Below are positions 25,234 through 37,400 of a stretch of DNA of 64,000 bases, piece after piece (the stretch's first letter is position 1; each line of letters starts with the position of its first letter). The notes beneath the pieces are model-generated. The model was not told where the DNA came from. It ran no database searches and worked only from the letters and a program-made list of their open reading frames with translations. The translations under genes and the position numbers were made by a program. This DNA is from Malacoraja senta (lineage: Eukaryota), in NCBI GenBank assembly GCA_038087875.1, contig CM075977.1, forward strand, positions 153,822,001-153,886,000. The letters are read 5' to 3'.

Positions 25234-27339
25234 AAACCTGCTTGGAATGTTAGTATTATGCAGTTTTACATGGTTAGATGCTGCTTAGTAGATAACAATG
25301 CCTTAACCATTTGTGTGTTGTACAAACAAGTGTAAATATAACCACCTTGTAAGTGGTCCACTTACCCCATGTTTCGGAAGTGCCAGACCCACCTACCTGC
25401 CTGGTTATGTAGAGTAGGACTGGTAGGGTGCGTGCAACCTCTGCCCAGCTTTCACGCTGCCATCAGCTTCAGTGAACCGCTTACTGCCGCTGGAGGCGTG
25501 GGGTGCATTGTCGCCTTAACGATGAAGCTTTGCTCATCTTTGGTACCTTGATTGGTCCAACAGCTTTTGCTTCCTCATCCAGGTTTTGTCTGTTGAATAG
25601 GTCTTACCTGAATAGAAGATTTGGCGGCTGCTCTACTGTTCCCCTTATAGCGCTGTTCACTGCCGGCACTTGTAGCGTGAGGGGAACTCTGGCCCCTTCC
25701 GGGTATTCTGCCAACAGCTGGTAACCAACTCTTCTGGCAGCAACACCTTCGTTTGCGAGGATTCTCTTGAAGCCATACGCATGTGCTCCAGTATGTTCCA
25801 CGGACATACTTTAGAATTTGAAGTCAGTTACATACTGACCACTCGCACTCCCCTCCACAGAGAGGGAGATTCGTAGGCAGCCCTGAAACCGGAGCTGCTG
25901 CAGGCCCCTGAGGATACCTGCCCTGATATGGCCCCTCCAATGGACCTATACCAGGATGGAACATCACCATCCATGCTCCATTTTTCCTTGCGGGCACGTC
26001 GATTTAAGCCCTTTGTGCCTCGTGGTATGCTCTCCGCTGTACCTTCGATCTCCTGAGTCAGAAAACTGACCCCGAATGCTCCCCTCCTCAGAGAGGGAGA
26101 CATTGTGCAGCCCTGTAACAGGTGCCGCTGCCGCGGGCTCTCGAGGAGACCCGGGCTGATAGCTCCCTCCATCGGAGCATATCATCGTGGAGCAACCTCT
26201 CCATTAGGTGCTCCATGTGGGGTAGACGTCCGAAGACGCTACCTATTGAAGGAGGTGAACCCTCATGGCCTGACTCACCCGAGTCCATAGGCCTGACCGA
26301 CGTATTGTTGGTTTTACCCCATGTCCTGGGGACCACAGCGGTCTGGGAGCCACTGACCGCACTGTCAGCGACTCTGGTGGTGATACCGCCTTCCTCTTGG
26401 ATTTACCCCTCCACGGGAACCACAGCGGCCTGGATTCCGCTGACCGCATTGTCAGCGACTGGGATCGCGAACCCGCCGGCCGCCGGCTACCCGCGCTTCC
26501 GCGGTCCGGACCGGAGTGTCCCCACAGCCCATAGCCGGTTTCCCGCGGCCCGTCCGGACTTCGCGACAATATCGAGCAGGAAACCTCTGTAAGAAGAGGT
26601 TCCTGCAAGAAAAAACAGAACCTGGTAAGAAATACAAAACTTACCTGTAGGTTTAAACTTACCGCTGGCAGGACCAACGCGCCTGCCAGTCAGTCGCTTC
26701 GCCATGCGACAGACGTAATGACGCACATGCGGACTGGCAGGACTTCTTCACGGAATCACTCACGTGACTCCGAAGTAAAACGATGAATTCACTCCATTGT
26801 GAATGGATTGTATCGTATGTGCTATCATGTAACAAATGTAAGATAATATAATTTCATAATAAACTGGAATAATAGTAATTACAGTTTTATCATGAAACAA
26901 TAGAAAGAATAAAATATAGATATAAATCATATATTTGTTATTTATATGTTAGTATATTTCTATCAATCAACCACCTTAGGAAATACTACGATTAAAGAGG
27001 TGAATATTTTATATAAAAGTTTTACAAGAGAGATTCAGAAACACGTTTTGGAATGTTCTATTGGTGCTGTCAGAAATAAAGCAAAATTAATTTGTTCCCT
27101 TTGTTTTTTTTATTCATTTAGAGGAGAGTTCAGAAATGTAAGAAAAGATGTTTCTTTGTGTCAGAGCAGCTCTTTTCAACCAGTAATCAGTGGAAAAACA
27201 TAGAACAATCTTGCCTGATCCCACCTGTCAAGATAATGCTATCTCTCATTAAATTATGCCCAATAGATTATCCAAAGATCCATTCTGCACTCTCCTTGTG
27301 TATCCTGGTTCCCTCAATTTCTAAATAATGATAAATTTC

Positions 27340-28331
27340 AGACTGTAGACACAAAATGTTGGAGTAACTCAGTGGGACAGGCAGCATATCTGGAGAGAAG
27401 AAATCGGTGACGTTTCGGGTCGAGACCCTTCTTCAGACTGATGTCAGGGGAGTGGGCGGGACAGAGATAGAATGTAGTCGGAGACAGTAAGACTGGTGGG
27501 AGAACTAGGAAGGGGAGGGGTTGGAGAGAGAGGGAAAGCAAGAGCTATTTAAAGTTAGAGAAGTCAATGTTCAGACTGCTGGGGTGTAAGCTACCCAAGC
27601 GAAAAATTAGGTGCTGTTCCTCCAATTTGCGCTGGGCCTCACTCTGACAATGGAGGAGACCCAGGACAGAAAGGTCAGATTGGGGATGGGAGGGGGAGTT
27701 AAAGTACTGAGCAACCAGGAGATCAGGTAGGTTAAGACGGACTGCGGAGGTGTTCAGCAAAACAATAGCCGAGCCTGCGCAAGGTCTTTCTGATGTACAG
27801 AGGTTGACACCTGGAACAGCGGATACAGTCCACGAGGTTGGAGGAGGTGCAAGTGAACCTCTGCCTCACCTGAAAATACTGTCGGGGTCCTTGGACGGAG
27901 TCAAGGGGGGAGGTAAAGGGACAGGTGTTGCATCTCCTGCGGTAGCAGGGGAAAGTACCTGGAGAGGGGGTGCTTTGGGTGGGAAGGGATGAGTTGACCA
28001 GGGAGTTGCGGAGGGAATGGTCTCTGCGGAAAGCAGAAAGGGGTGGAGATGGAAAGATGTGGCCAGTAGTGGGATGCCGTTGGAGGTGGCGAAAGTGTTG
28101 GAGGATTATATGCTGTATGCAACGGCTGATGGGGTGGAAGGTGAGGACAAGGGGGACTCTGTCCTTGTTGCGAATGGGGGGAGGGGAAGCAAGAGCGGAG
28201 CTGCGGGATATCGAAGAGACCCTAGTGAGAGCCTCATCTATAATGGAAGAGGGGAACCCCCGTTTCCTAAAGAATGAGGACATCTCCGATGATCTAGTAT
28301 GGAAAACCTCATCCTGGGCGCAGATGCAGCG
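27340..28331 (-). mobile_element. Penelope-like element 3' part with GIY-YIG and terminal repeat
   Basis: ORFs 27732-28367 and 27545-27760 (RGFPSSII, PLVLTFHP, CxRxRCxTC, CIRCSRC..YI, RKLEEQHLIFRLGSLHP); same family as 10280-11117. Confidence 0.9.
27403..27442 (-). ncRNA. Minimal type I hammerhead ribozyme motif of a Penelope element
   Basis: AUCAGU-CUGAAGA-A-GGGUC UC GACCC-GAAA-CG-UC-ACCGAU: core boxes CUGANGA and GAAA, stem II, palindromic ACGU stem III, GUC triplet and a 5/6-bp stem I. Confidence 0.75.
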
Positions 28332-28689
28332 CACAAATTTCAGATTGACAGTTTGAAAACAATCCATTTGTTATAACCAAGATATATGTATTCACATCGA
28401 AATAAGGAACTGCAGATGCTGGTTTACAAAAATTGACACAAAGTGCTGAAGTGACTTCTCTGAGAACATGGACAGATGATGTTTTGGATTGGGTCCCTTC
28501 CTCAACCTGAAACTTTACCTATCTATGTTCTCGAAAGATGCTGCTTGACTCGCTGAGTCCAGCACTTTGTGTCCATATACATATTGGCATCCATCATGAG
28601 TTATGGAATGTGAGCAGAGATGTGCACAATCTCTCCAAAACATTGCACAAGGACAAAAATGGGTAAAGTAAGTCCCATCCCTAAAGATA

Positions 28690-29620
28690 CACTGGCCATC
28701 TTAACTGCTATCAAATAATTAGCGTGATGCCAAGGCCTAAATCTAACATATGCCTCCTTTCTCCTGACCAGAGCCTCAAGATCTCTTGTCAAATAAGTTT
28801 CCCTACACATGCCAACCTTATCCTTTGCCATAACATGTACATGCTGCCCCCGTACTCTTGCTATCTCACTTTGAAAAGCTTCCCAAATGCCAGCCCTCCA
28901 TTGACCTGCAAATAGACTCACCTAACCAAATCTGCAAATACCAGCCTAATGCCTCTAAAATCGGCCTTGCTCCAACTTGTGGACCAGTCATATTGTTCTC
29001 CATAACTACTTTAAAATTAGTAGAATTATGGTCACTGGTCCTAAAGTGCTCCCCCACTGACACGTCAGTCTCTTGCCCAAGCTCATTTCTTAAGAGAAGA
29101 TAGAGTGTTGTCTAGTAGCACCCTCTATGCAGTGATTAAGGAAGCTTTATGGGTGACATTTAACAAAATCCATCCCATCCAACCCCTTTACACTTTGAGA
29201 GATACAATCAATGTTGAAGTTGAAGTCTCCCACTAATGCTATTCCATTATTCTTACAGGTATCTACAATCTCCTTACATGTCTGCTCTTACAATTTGTGC
29301 TGACTATTGGAGGAGGCTATAATACATCAAAATGATCATTCCCTTCCTGTTTTTACACTCTACGCATATAGCTTCACTGGACAATCCCCCAAGAATATCC
29401 TCTCTAAACTCATATATCCTCCCTCATTAAAAAAAAAAACCTCCCCTGCTCTCTCTCCGACATCTCTATGGTGCCTTTAATATAGTGTACCCTAGAACAT
29501 TGAGCCTTCTCTCATCCACGTTTCTGTTATGGTTACAATATCCCAGTCCCTGAGCCAATCCACGCTCTGAGATCATTCACCTTACATGTTAAGCCTCTAG
29601 CATTGAAATCAATGCATTGG
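28690..29620 (-). mobile_element. Old CR1 endonuclease/linker fragment
   Basis: FNARGL and VGEHFRTSDHNS motifs. Confidence 0.7.
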
Positions 29621-29741
29621 TGTGAACCATTGGTCTTTCCTATCTCTTTGCTGTGCCCCTGTCTGTCTTGTCTGCTAACCTCGCTCTCTTTGAATTGTGA
29701 CATTGTAGGATTAATTTGCAAAGGAATGATTCTATATCAAA

Positions 29742-30083
29742 GGTGGCATGGTGGCACAAAGGCCGGCACAGTGAAGCAGCAGTAGAGTTGCTGCCTTACA
29801 GCGCCAGAGACCAAGGTTCGATCCTGACTACAGGTGCTGTTTGTACAGAGTTTGTACATTCTCCCTGTGATCTGCTTGGGTTTTCTCCGAGATCTTTGGT
29901 ACCCCCCCCCCCCCCCAACACTCCAAAGACATACAGGTGTGTAGGTTAATTGGCTTAGTATAATTGTAATTTGTCCCTAGTGTGTGTAGGATAGCGTTAG
30001 TGTGCGAGGATCGCTGGTCGGTGCTGACTTGGTGGGCCGAAGGGCCTGTTTCAGCGGTGTATCTCTAAACTAAACTAACTAAA
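29742..30083 (+). mobile_element. HE1-like V-SINE
   Basis: GGTTCGATCC B-box, V-domain, GGCCGAAGGGCCTGTTTC tail and (CTAAA)n. Confidence 0.85.
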
Positions 30084-30287
30084 TTAGTAAAAACTGCATG
30101 TACAACATGTGATAAACACCATATGAAATCTGTCAGTGATCATGAAGAAGCAAACCACCGTTATATGTGCAATCATCTGGGACTATGCCAGTTCTGGCTA
30201 TTTAGCAGTACTTTTGCCTTCAAGTCAGAAGGTTATGGGTTCAACTCTCACTCCAGAGACAAGAGTGCAGCAATGTACACTGCTGAG

Positions 30288-31200
30288 ATTCAATTCAATT
30301 CAATTCAATTGAATTCAAGCACTTTATTCATCCCCAAGGGTCAATTTAAAAGGGCGCATTACAGTAGCTTTTAAAAAAAAAGAAAGGGACACAAACAACG
30401 TAATGAAAAGACAAACATTCAAAGCTACTCTCTGCACCGACCGGTCGACCGCACGAGCAGTGACCCGGCAAGGATTGGGTTGTCAGCAGCGATACAATAA
30501 TAAAGAACACACAAATGTAACACAAACATCCACCACAGCATTCATCACTGTGGTGGAAGGCACAAAAATTTGGCCAGTCCTCCTCCATTTCCCCCCCGTG
30601 GACAGTACCAGAGTCCAAGTCAGTCCAGCATCAGCTCTTCCTCACCGGAGACCGCGGCTTTAGATTGTTGTAGGCCGCAGGCCGGCGGTCAAGATTTAAA
30701 GTCCCCGCCGCAGCCAGAAGCACCGTAGACTGCAGGGCCGGCGGTCGAAGCTCCCCTCCAGGGGTGATGGTAAGTCCATGCTGGCCCCGCGGTAGAAATT
30801 GGCTGCGGGCCGGCAGTGATGGCTTCTTCTTCCCCCGGGTCCCCCACGAGGGATCCCGGGCTGTAGACGCCACACCAGCTGGAGCTCTGCAGACCACGGC
30901 TTCAGGCTGCGACTTCAGGCTGCCGGCTGCCCCGGGCCAGCGAAACGGAGCGCTCCCCTCCAGCAAGCCCCAGCGAGGGTTCACCCGCTCCACGCCGAGA
31001 GTCCACGCTGCGCCCGCCGCTGAAGCCCGGGCACGTCTCCGGGAAAGGCCGCGCCGATCCTTGATGTTAGGCCACGGGGGAGGCGACCTGGAAAAAGTCG
31101 CCTCTCCATGGAGGAGGCGACCGAAGCAGTTTCCCCCTTACCCCCCCACACCAGCCCCCACACAAGACACCCAAAGAAACATTAAATACACACTTTAAAA
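30288..31200 (-). mobile_element. Long CpG-rich SINE-like element with Rex1-type tail
   Basis: Minus strand has the hairpin TCCACCACAGTGATGAATGCTGTGGTGGA, then GGGGATGAATAAAG and a (TTGAA)n terminus. It appears to split an older DeuSINE-like remnant (about 30205-30287 and 31283-31380). Confidence 0.6.
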
Positions 31201-31985
31201 CATAATTTAAAAAAAAAAAGTAAAAAAATAAAATAAAATAAAAAAAATAATAATAAAAAATAAATTAAAAAAAATAAAGAGATTTGGTGCAGTGCTGAGA
31301 GAGTGCTCTACCCTTGTAGGCAAAATATTCCATGGCACTCAAAGAAGCAAAGGGGAAATATCTCTGGTACTCTGACCTCAATTAACATTATCATGTGTAG
31401 AAAGGAACTGCAGATGCTGGTTTACACCGAAGATAGACACAAAATGCTGGAATACCAAAGGGTCAGGCAGCATCTCTGGAGAAAAGGAATAGGTGACAGT
31501 TTGGGTCAAGACCATTCTTTATCATTCTCCGTTTGAAATGTTACTTATTCCAGGGAATAAGAAATTCTATCACGTGTTTGAGTGCAATAGAATATTGTGA
31601 AAACATAATTGTAGTTAGCTCATCTGTGCATATGATATACAAACTGTATGTATGGAGGCATGAGCAACGAAAACAAATAGCACACTGTTATGCTTTGTGC
31701 ATAACTGTTCAGTACAAATGAAGTCTACACATTGCATGGTGAAGCATGGTGAGGGGTTAATTGAGGGGTTGAGTCCTGCTTCATTGTAAGTAAAAGGAGT
31801 CTGTTTTTTGATGTTCTGCTACCGGAGCATTTCAGACATGTTCTCCTTTTAGTGTTTTATTCCGTTTATCCAGACCTGCAAACATTTTCAATATCAATGT
31901 CCTGATTACCCCTCAATCTAAAACGTTCACCCAATCCCTGATCTCCTTTTTGACTGTTCCCATTCTTTGACCCCTATTCATCATT

Positions 31986-32185
31986 NNNNNNNNNNNNNNN
32001 NNNNNNNNNNNNNNNNNNNNNNNNNNNNNNNNNNNNNNNNNNNNNNNNNNNNNNNNNNNNNNNNNNNNNNNNNNNNNNNNNNNNNNNNNNNNNNNNNNNN
32101 NNNNNNNNNNNNNNNNNNNNNNNNNNNNNNNNNNNNNNNNNNNNNNNNNNNNNNNNNNNNNNNNNNNNNNNNNNNNNNNNNNNNN
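31986..32185. other. Assembly gap (200 N)
   Basis: Run of N. Confidence 1.
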
Positions 32186-33251
32186 CTCAGAGGACGTCAG
32201 GAAAGGCTTGGGAGTATAGATAAGTTTTTAGTCTTGACTTGAAAGAGTCGATGGAGGGGGCAGTTCTGATGGGAAAGGGGATGCTGTTCCACAGTCTAGG
32301 GGCTGCAACCGCAAAGGCGCGGTTGCCCCTGAGCTTATACCTAGACGTGGGATATTCAGCAACCCCAAGTCGGCTGATCTGAGGAGGCCTGGAGGTCGGA
32401 GTGGTGGGTAGAGAAGACTTTTTATGTAGGTGGGCGAGGCAAGCCCATTGAGGGCTTTGTAGACATGGAGGAGGATCTTGAAGTTTATACGGAACCTAGC
32501 ACAGGGAGCCTGTGGAGAAGAGGCCAGGATCGGGGTGATGTGGTAACCTTTTTCGGATGCCCGTCAAGAGTCTCGGCAGTGGCGTTTTGGACCTAGTTGC
32601 AGGCGGACAGTGTAAAGGGAGTTGCAATAATTCGAGGCGGGAGGAGATGAATGTGTGGATGATCTTTTCGTGTCATCAAACTGGAGGAATTGTTTTATTT
32701 TAGCTATCGTCCAGAAGCTGAAATAAGCTAGCTTTTACCACAGGCATTGACTTGTTTGTCAAATTTCAGTGCTGAGTTCAAATATCACGCCAAGGTTTTT
32801 GACGTGAGGTTTAAGTAGTGGGGTAAGGCTTCCAAGGCTGCCTGCTATCATTTCGATTGAGTCCGAGGGGCCGAGAAGGATGACCTCAGACTTACTCTCG
32901 TTTAGTTGGAGGAAGTTCTGGGCCATCCAACACTATATATCCTCGAGGCAGTGGGTAAGGTTAAGCAGATTTGATTGTTTTTTGGGCTTCAGGGAAGACA
33001 GAGTTGTGTATCGTCTGCGTAAGCAATGGAAGGAAATGCCGTGCCTTTCAATGACTTGGCCTAAGGGGATCATATACAGGGAGAAGAGAATTGGGGCCAA
33101 GGATGGAACCTTGTGGAACCCCACAGCAGAGATTAGCTGGGGAGGAGAAAGAGTTGCCTATGTTAGTCGAGAAACTCCTACCTTTGAGGTAGGAGATGAA
33201 CCAGCTCAGGGCAGTGCCATCAATACCAACCCCATACTGGAGATGGTCAAT
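32186..33251 (-). mobile_element. L2-clade LINE RT fragment, heavily frameshifted
   Basis: GVPQGSIL-type segment and PILFSLYMIPLGQVIERHGISFHC, with an L2-like 3' region. The indel density next to the gap may be sequencing error. Confidence 0.75.
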
Positions 33252-33540
33252 TAGGGGGGGTTTGGGTTGAAGTGAAAGGCACTGCCTGCAAATGGTTGTT
33301 TGGGGGGTTTGGGTTGAAGTGAAAAGGCAGTGCCTGCAAATGGTTGTTTGGGGGGTTTGGGTTGAAGTGAAAAGGCACTGCCTGCAAATGGTTGTTTGGG
33401 GGGTTTGGGTTGAAGTGAAAAGGCACTGCCTGCAAATGGTTGTTTGGGGGGTTTGGGTTGAAGTGAAAAGGCACTGCCTGCAAATGGTTGTTTGGGGGGG
33501 TTGGGTTAAAGTGAAAAGGCACAGCCTGCAAATGGTTGTT
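33252..33540. repeat. 45-bp minisatellite (about 6.5 copies)
   Basis: GGGGGGTTTGGGTTGAAGTGAAAAGGCACTGCCTGCAAATGGTTGTTT-type units. Confidence 0.9.
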
Positions 33541-33924
33541 TGTCTAAACTTGACAACTTCCTGTTTGCACTATATTGATTTTAGATAAAACGCTACCACT
33601 TACGGCTGTGATTTTTGGCCATCTTACTCCATTCCCCTCCGCTCATCAGGTGCAGAGGATTCTTCCCATCAATGAAAAACAAAAGTGTTATTAGTGTTTA
33701 AAAAATGTTGAAAATCTCTCACATGTTAATCACGCCATAAAGGCCACACCTTTTTCCGGTGGGAGGGGGAGGGATTATAAAACCCGGAAGTGTGGGTGTG
33801 GCTCAGTCTCTGCTTGATGGGGGAGAGAGAGGTCACAGAGTCTGAGCTGTGAATCAACTGAACACACTGAATGTCTACTGAACTGTGAGTGTGGTGTTTT
33901 GTGTGGTTTTATGGTGTTTTTTTT

Positions 33925-34290
33925 ATGGTGGTTTCACCCTGCTTGAAATAGTATGAAACTGCATTTGAATGTGGTGGCCTTGCATCCTGCATGAAATGGT
34001 ATGAAACTGCATTTGAATGTGGTGTTGTTGCACCCTGCATGAAATGGTATTAAACTGCACTTGAATTTGGTGGCCTTGCACCCTGCTTGAAGTGGTTGGA
34101 AACTGCACTTGAATACGCTGGCCTTGCACCCTGATTGAAGTGGTATGAAACTGCACTTGAATTTTGTGGCCTTGCACCCTGCTCGAAGAGGTAAGAAACT
34201 GCACTTGAATTTGGTGGCCTTGCACCCTGCTTGAAATGGTAGGAAAATGGATTTGAATTAGGTGGTCTTGCACTCTGCTTGAAATGGAAT
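33925..34290. repeat. 48-bp minisatellite (about 7.5 copies)
   Basis: GAAATGGTATGAAACTGCATTTGAATGTGGTGGCCTTGCACCCTGCTT-type units. Confidence 0.9.
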
Positions 34291-34696
34291 TTCAAGGAAT
34301 AGCCCTGAGTGAGCCGCCAGCCCACCAGCCATGAGTGAGCCGCCAGCACATCAGGCGTGAGGGACTGAGCTGCCACCCAAAGAATGCATTTGGCCCACAA
34401 TGTCCATACTGGCCCTCTGGAGACCAGTAGTCCCTGCAGTCAACAACACCCATACCAGCGCTCCAGAAACCCCCCCCCCCCCACTGGCCACCAATATTGG
34501 AATTGGTGGAGGGGCGGAATATTGCATCGGGGACCAGCCCCCCCATGTGAACATGGGACCCAACGGGTCCCACTTAGACACGCACACACGCACACATGAA
34601 CACACACACACACGCACACACGCACCACACCACACACACGCACACACACACATATATATCTTACACACATATATCTTACACACATATATTCACACA

Positions 34697-34921
34697 TATG
34701 GGGCAATTTTCAATTTTACCAAGCCAATTAACCTACAAACTTGTACGTCTTTGGAGTGTGGGAGGAAACCGGAGCACCCAGGGAAAATCCATACAGGTCA
34801 CGAGAAGTACCTGCAAACTGCATACAGCACCCGTAGTCAAAATCGAACTCGTGTCTCTGGCGCTATAAGGCTATAACTCTGTGATTCACTGTAACTAGAC
34901 CACTGCGCCACTGCTCCGCCC
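34697..34921 (-). mobile_element. HE1-like V-SINE, 3'-truncated, next to a (CA)n microsatellite
   Basis: Reverse-complemented V-domain GGGTGCTCCGGTTTCCTCCCAC. Confidence 0.75.
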
Positions 34922-36089
34922 CTGTTTTGTGGTTGTTGTGAAAGGCTTATCTTCTTGCCAACTTCGTTGAACAAATAGGAAGTAGTTTGATGCTCAGCCT
35001 CTAAGCATGCACAACTGCAAATATTGTTTCAAGATAAGGTATTGTTTCAAATCATACTGTGGTAACTACAAAGTGTTTACCCGATCCTTGCCTAAGATTA
35101 ATGTCACACTGATGAGCTAAAAACAAATACATCATCAAATGTTACATGAGATGTTACTTGAAAAGTTATAAAATGCAGTAAAACTGTTAGTCCAGTACAC
35201 ACAGGACTTTAGTGGTGCCATACGGGCAGATTTTCTGGACTATTGTATATTATTCCCATTAATAATCCAATACGCTTTTTGTTAATTTTTCAGACATTTA
35301 ATTTTCCAATTAACCCATCATGTTTAAAAGAAGTGCAGTTATGGAGAACCTGGTGGGTTTTAGCAGAATATGGGAACGGGGTTTCAAGTGAGTTTCAAGG
35401 AGAGCAGGATGCAGGGCCATGGTCTGTCAAAGAGAGTGTGGATAAGGGGATGCCAGCATGTCACAGGGAGTTAGGGAATCAGCACGTGGGGAGCCTGATG
35501 CTGCAAGGTTAGGATTTCTGAATAATGGGACAGTACTTGAAATGCAAATGCAGATTCAGATACTGTAACTAAACAGAAACTGCAGGTTAACATATATGCC
35601 AGTCTTTGACATAAATTCCACCTGTGATCTTTTTTATCCATTGAAGGGGAAGAATTTGGAATCAATTTATATGGCTATCTGATCTGGAGGAGGGTTTTTC
35701 ACAGTCCCTCCCATTTGAAGAAGTCAAGAGCTTCAGTAAGTTTAGTTTAGTTTAGTTTATTATTGTCACTTGTACTGAGGTACGGTGAAAAGCTTTTCTT
35801 TGCGTGCTATCCAGTCAGAAAAGAGAATGTACATGAATACGATCAAACCGTCCACAGTGCACAGAAAAAGGGTACAACATTCAGTGCAAGATATAAAGGA
35901 TTTAAAGAGGGTATTATTAGTGTAACTAATGTGCTGTTAAAGATTTAAAAGAGTGGAGCGATTGTAATGGATTATAGCAGATCCCCTTCTGGGACCAGCA
36001 TGCAAAAGGTCACCTTGCTCCAGCGCTATCTTGAACAAGGTCAAAGAAGGCCATGTGTAGCAGGTGCTGCTACTCCCTGCAACCTTTTA

Positions 36090-37400
36090 GATTCATAAAT
36101 TCATAGGTTTATTCAGCTCAGAAACAGGCCCTTCATCACAACTCATCCATGCCGATCAAAATGCTTATCTACCCTAATCCCGTTTGCCTACATTTGGCCT
36201 TTATCCCTTTAACCTTATGTAATAAAAAAGGACTGCAGAGGTTGGTTTATACCAAAGATAGACACAAAATGCTGGAGTATCTGGAGTCAGGCATTATCTC
36301 TGGAGAAAATGGATAGGTGACGTTTTGGGTAAGGACCCTTCTTCAGACTCAGATTCTGTGATGAACTTTTTCCTCGGAACTCCTTTAAATATTTCTCCTC
36401 TCACCTTAAACCTATGCCCTCTAGTTTCAGGCACTCCTCTGGAAAAACCTGTATCTACCCACCTTATCTATGCCCCGCATCATTTTACAAACCTCTATAT
36501 GGTCACAGCTAGACCTCCTTCACTCATGAGAAAAGTCTCAGCCTGTCCAATCTATTTTTATAATTCAAGCCTGCCAGTCCAGGCATATTCCCATGAATCT
36601 TTTTGGCACCCTCTTGCGTTTAATCACATCCTTTCGACAGCTTGGCAACCAGAACTGCACACAATACTCCAACTGAGGCCTAACCCTTGATTTGTATATC
36701 TGTATAATATCATCCCTGTTCCTATTATGTCTCGGTCGATTAAAACAAGCACAAGACAAGTAGATAGTGTGGTATAGTAGCCGTATGGAATGCTTGCCAT
36801 CATCAGTCAGGGCACTGAGTATAAGAGTCAGGAAGTCATGTTGCCAAATCAGACCTTTATAATATTTTGATTAGGCTGTATTTGGAGTACCATATGTTGC
36901 TCTAGTCTTGCATTTTGGAGAGTATGTTGAAGACGTTTACCCACATGCTGCCTGGATTAGAGGCTATTAGTTATAAGGAGAGGTTGGATAAATTTGGATT
37001 GTTTCCTCTGGGGTGTCGGTGACAAGAGGTGACCTGAGAGAAGTTTATAAAAATTATGAGAGACATAGAACGGGTAGACAATCAGAACATTTTTCCCAGC
37101 CGGGAAATATCAAATACTAGAGTGCATACGTTTAAGGTCAGAGGGGGGGAATTTAAAGGAGGTGTGCAGGGCAATTTTTTTACACCTGGAGTGGTAGGTG
37201 CCTCGAACCTGCTACCGGGGATGGTAGTGGAAGCAGATATGATAATGGTGTTTAAGATGCTTACAGAAGGCACATGAATATGCAGGGATGGAGGGTTGTG
37301 GATCATGTACAGGCAGAAGGGATTAGTTGAAATTGGCAGCATGTTAACACAGATATAATTGGCTGAAGGGCCTGCTTGTGTGCTGTACTGATCTATGTGT
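36090..37400. mobile_element. Two old CR1 3' fragments in opposite orientation (about 36090-36720 minus, 36750-37400 plus) with a Penelope repeat insert
   Basis: RPQLEYCVQFW on the minus strand and FFTPGVVGASNLLP on the plus strand. Confidence 0.75.

Larger units (their letters stand above)
21575..26780 (-). mobile_element. Full-length degenerate DIRS1-type tyrosine-recombinase retrotransposon
   Basis: Inverted terminal repeats (about 21626-21680 vs 26721-26775) and an internal complementary region at 21796-21908 matching both termini. Coding remnants: YR (FKSHFIRAA...AAGWSNERTF, 22053-22238), MTase-like (PNIDML, LPPFCLINRV, 23181-23423), RT (DLKDTFYSVPI at about 24530-24560, VMS*LDDIL at about 24350-24377) and a gag-like region at about 25500-26600. 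Confidence 0.92.
33252..34578 (-). mobile_element. Minisatellite-carrying non-autonomous element, possibly Helitron/Helentron-associated
   Basis: Terminal hairpin GGGACCC-AAC-GGGTCCC at about 34555-34571; shares a sequence block with 16836-16880. Confidence 0.4.

Noticed and set aside
30529-30558. SINE hairpin as a hammerhead or SECIS element
   Set aside because: It lacks the CUGANGA/GAAA core and the SECIS GA quartet with an apical AA loop; the loop varies between copies.
30631-31198. GC-rich overlapping ORFs as a gene or CpG-island promoter
   Set aside because: They lie within a SINE-like repeat with a microsatellite tail and contain no recognisable domain.
32186-33251. Dense frameshifts in the L2 fragment as biological hypermutation
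   Set aside because: Adjacent to an assembly gap, so low-coverage consensus error is the simpler explanation.
33252-34290. Regular 45-bp and 48-bp repeats as a CRISPR array or repetitive protein gene
   Set aside because: Head-to-tail units with no unique spacers, no cas genes and a eukaryotic context; the ORFs are by-products of periods divisible by three.
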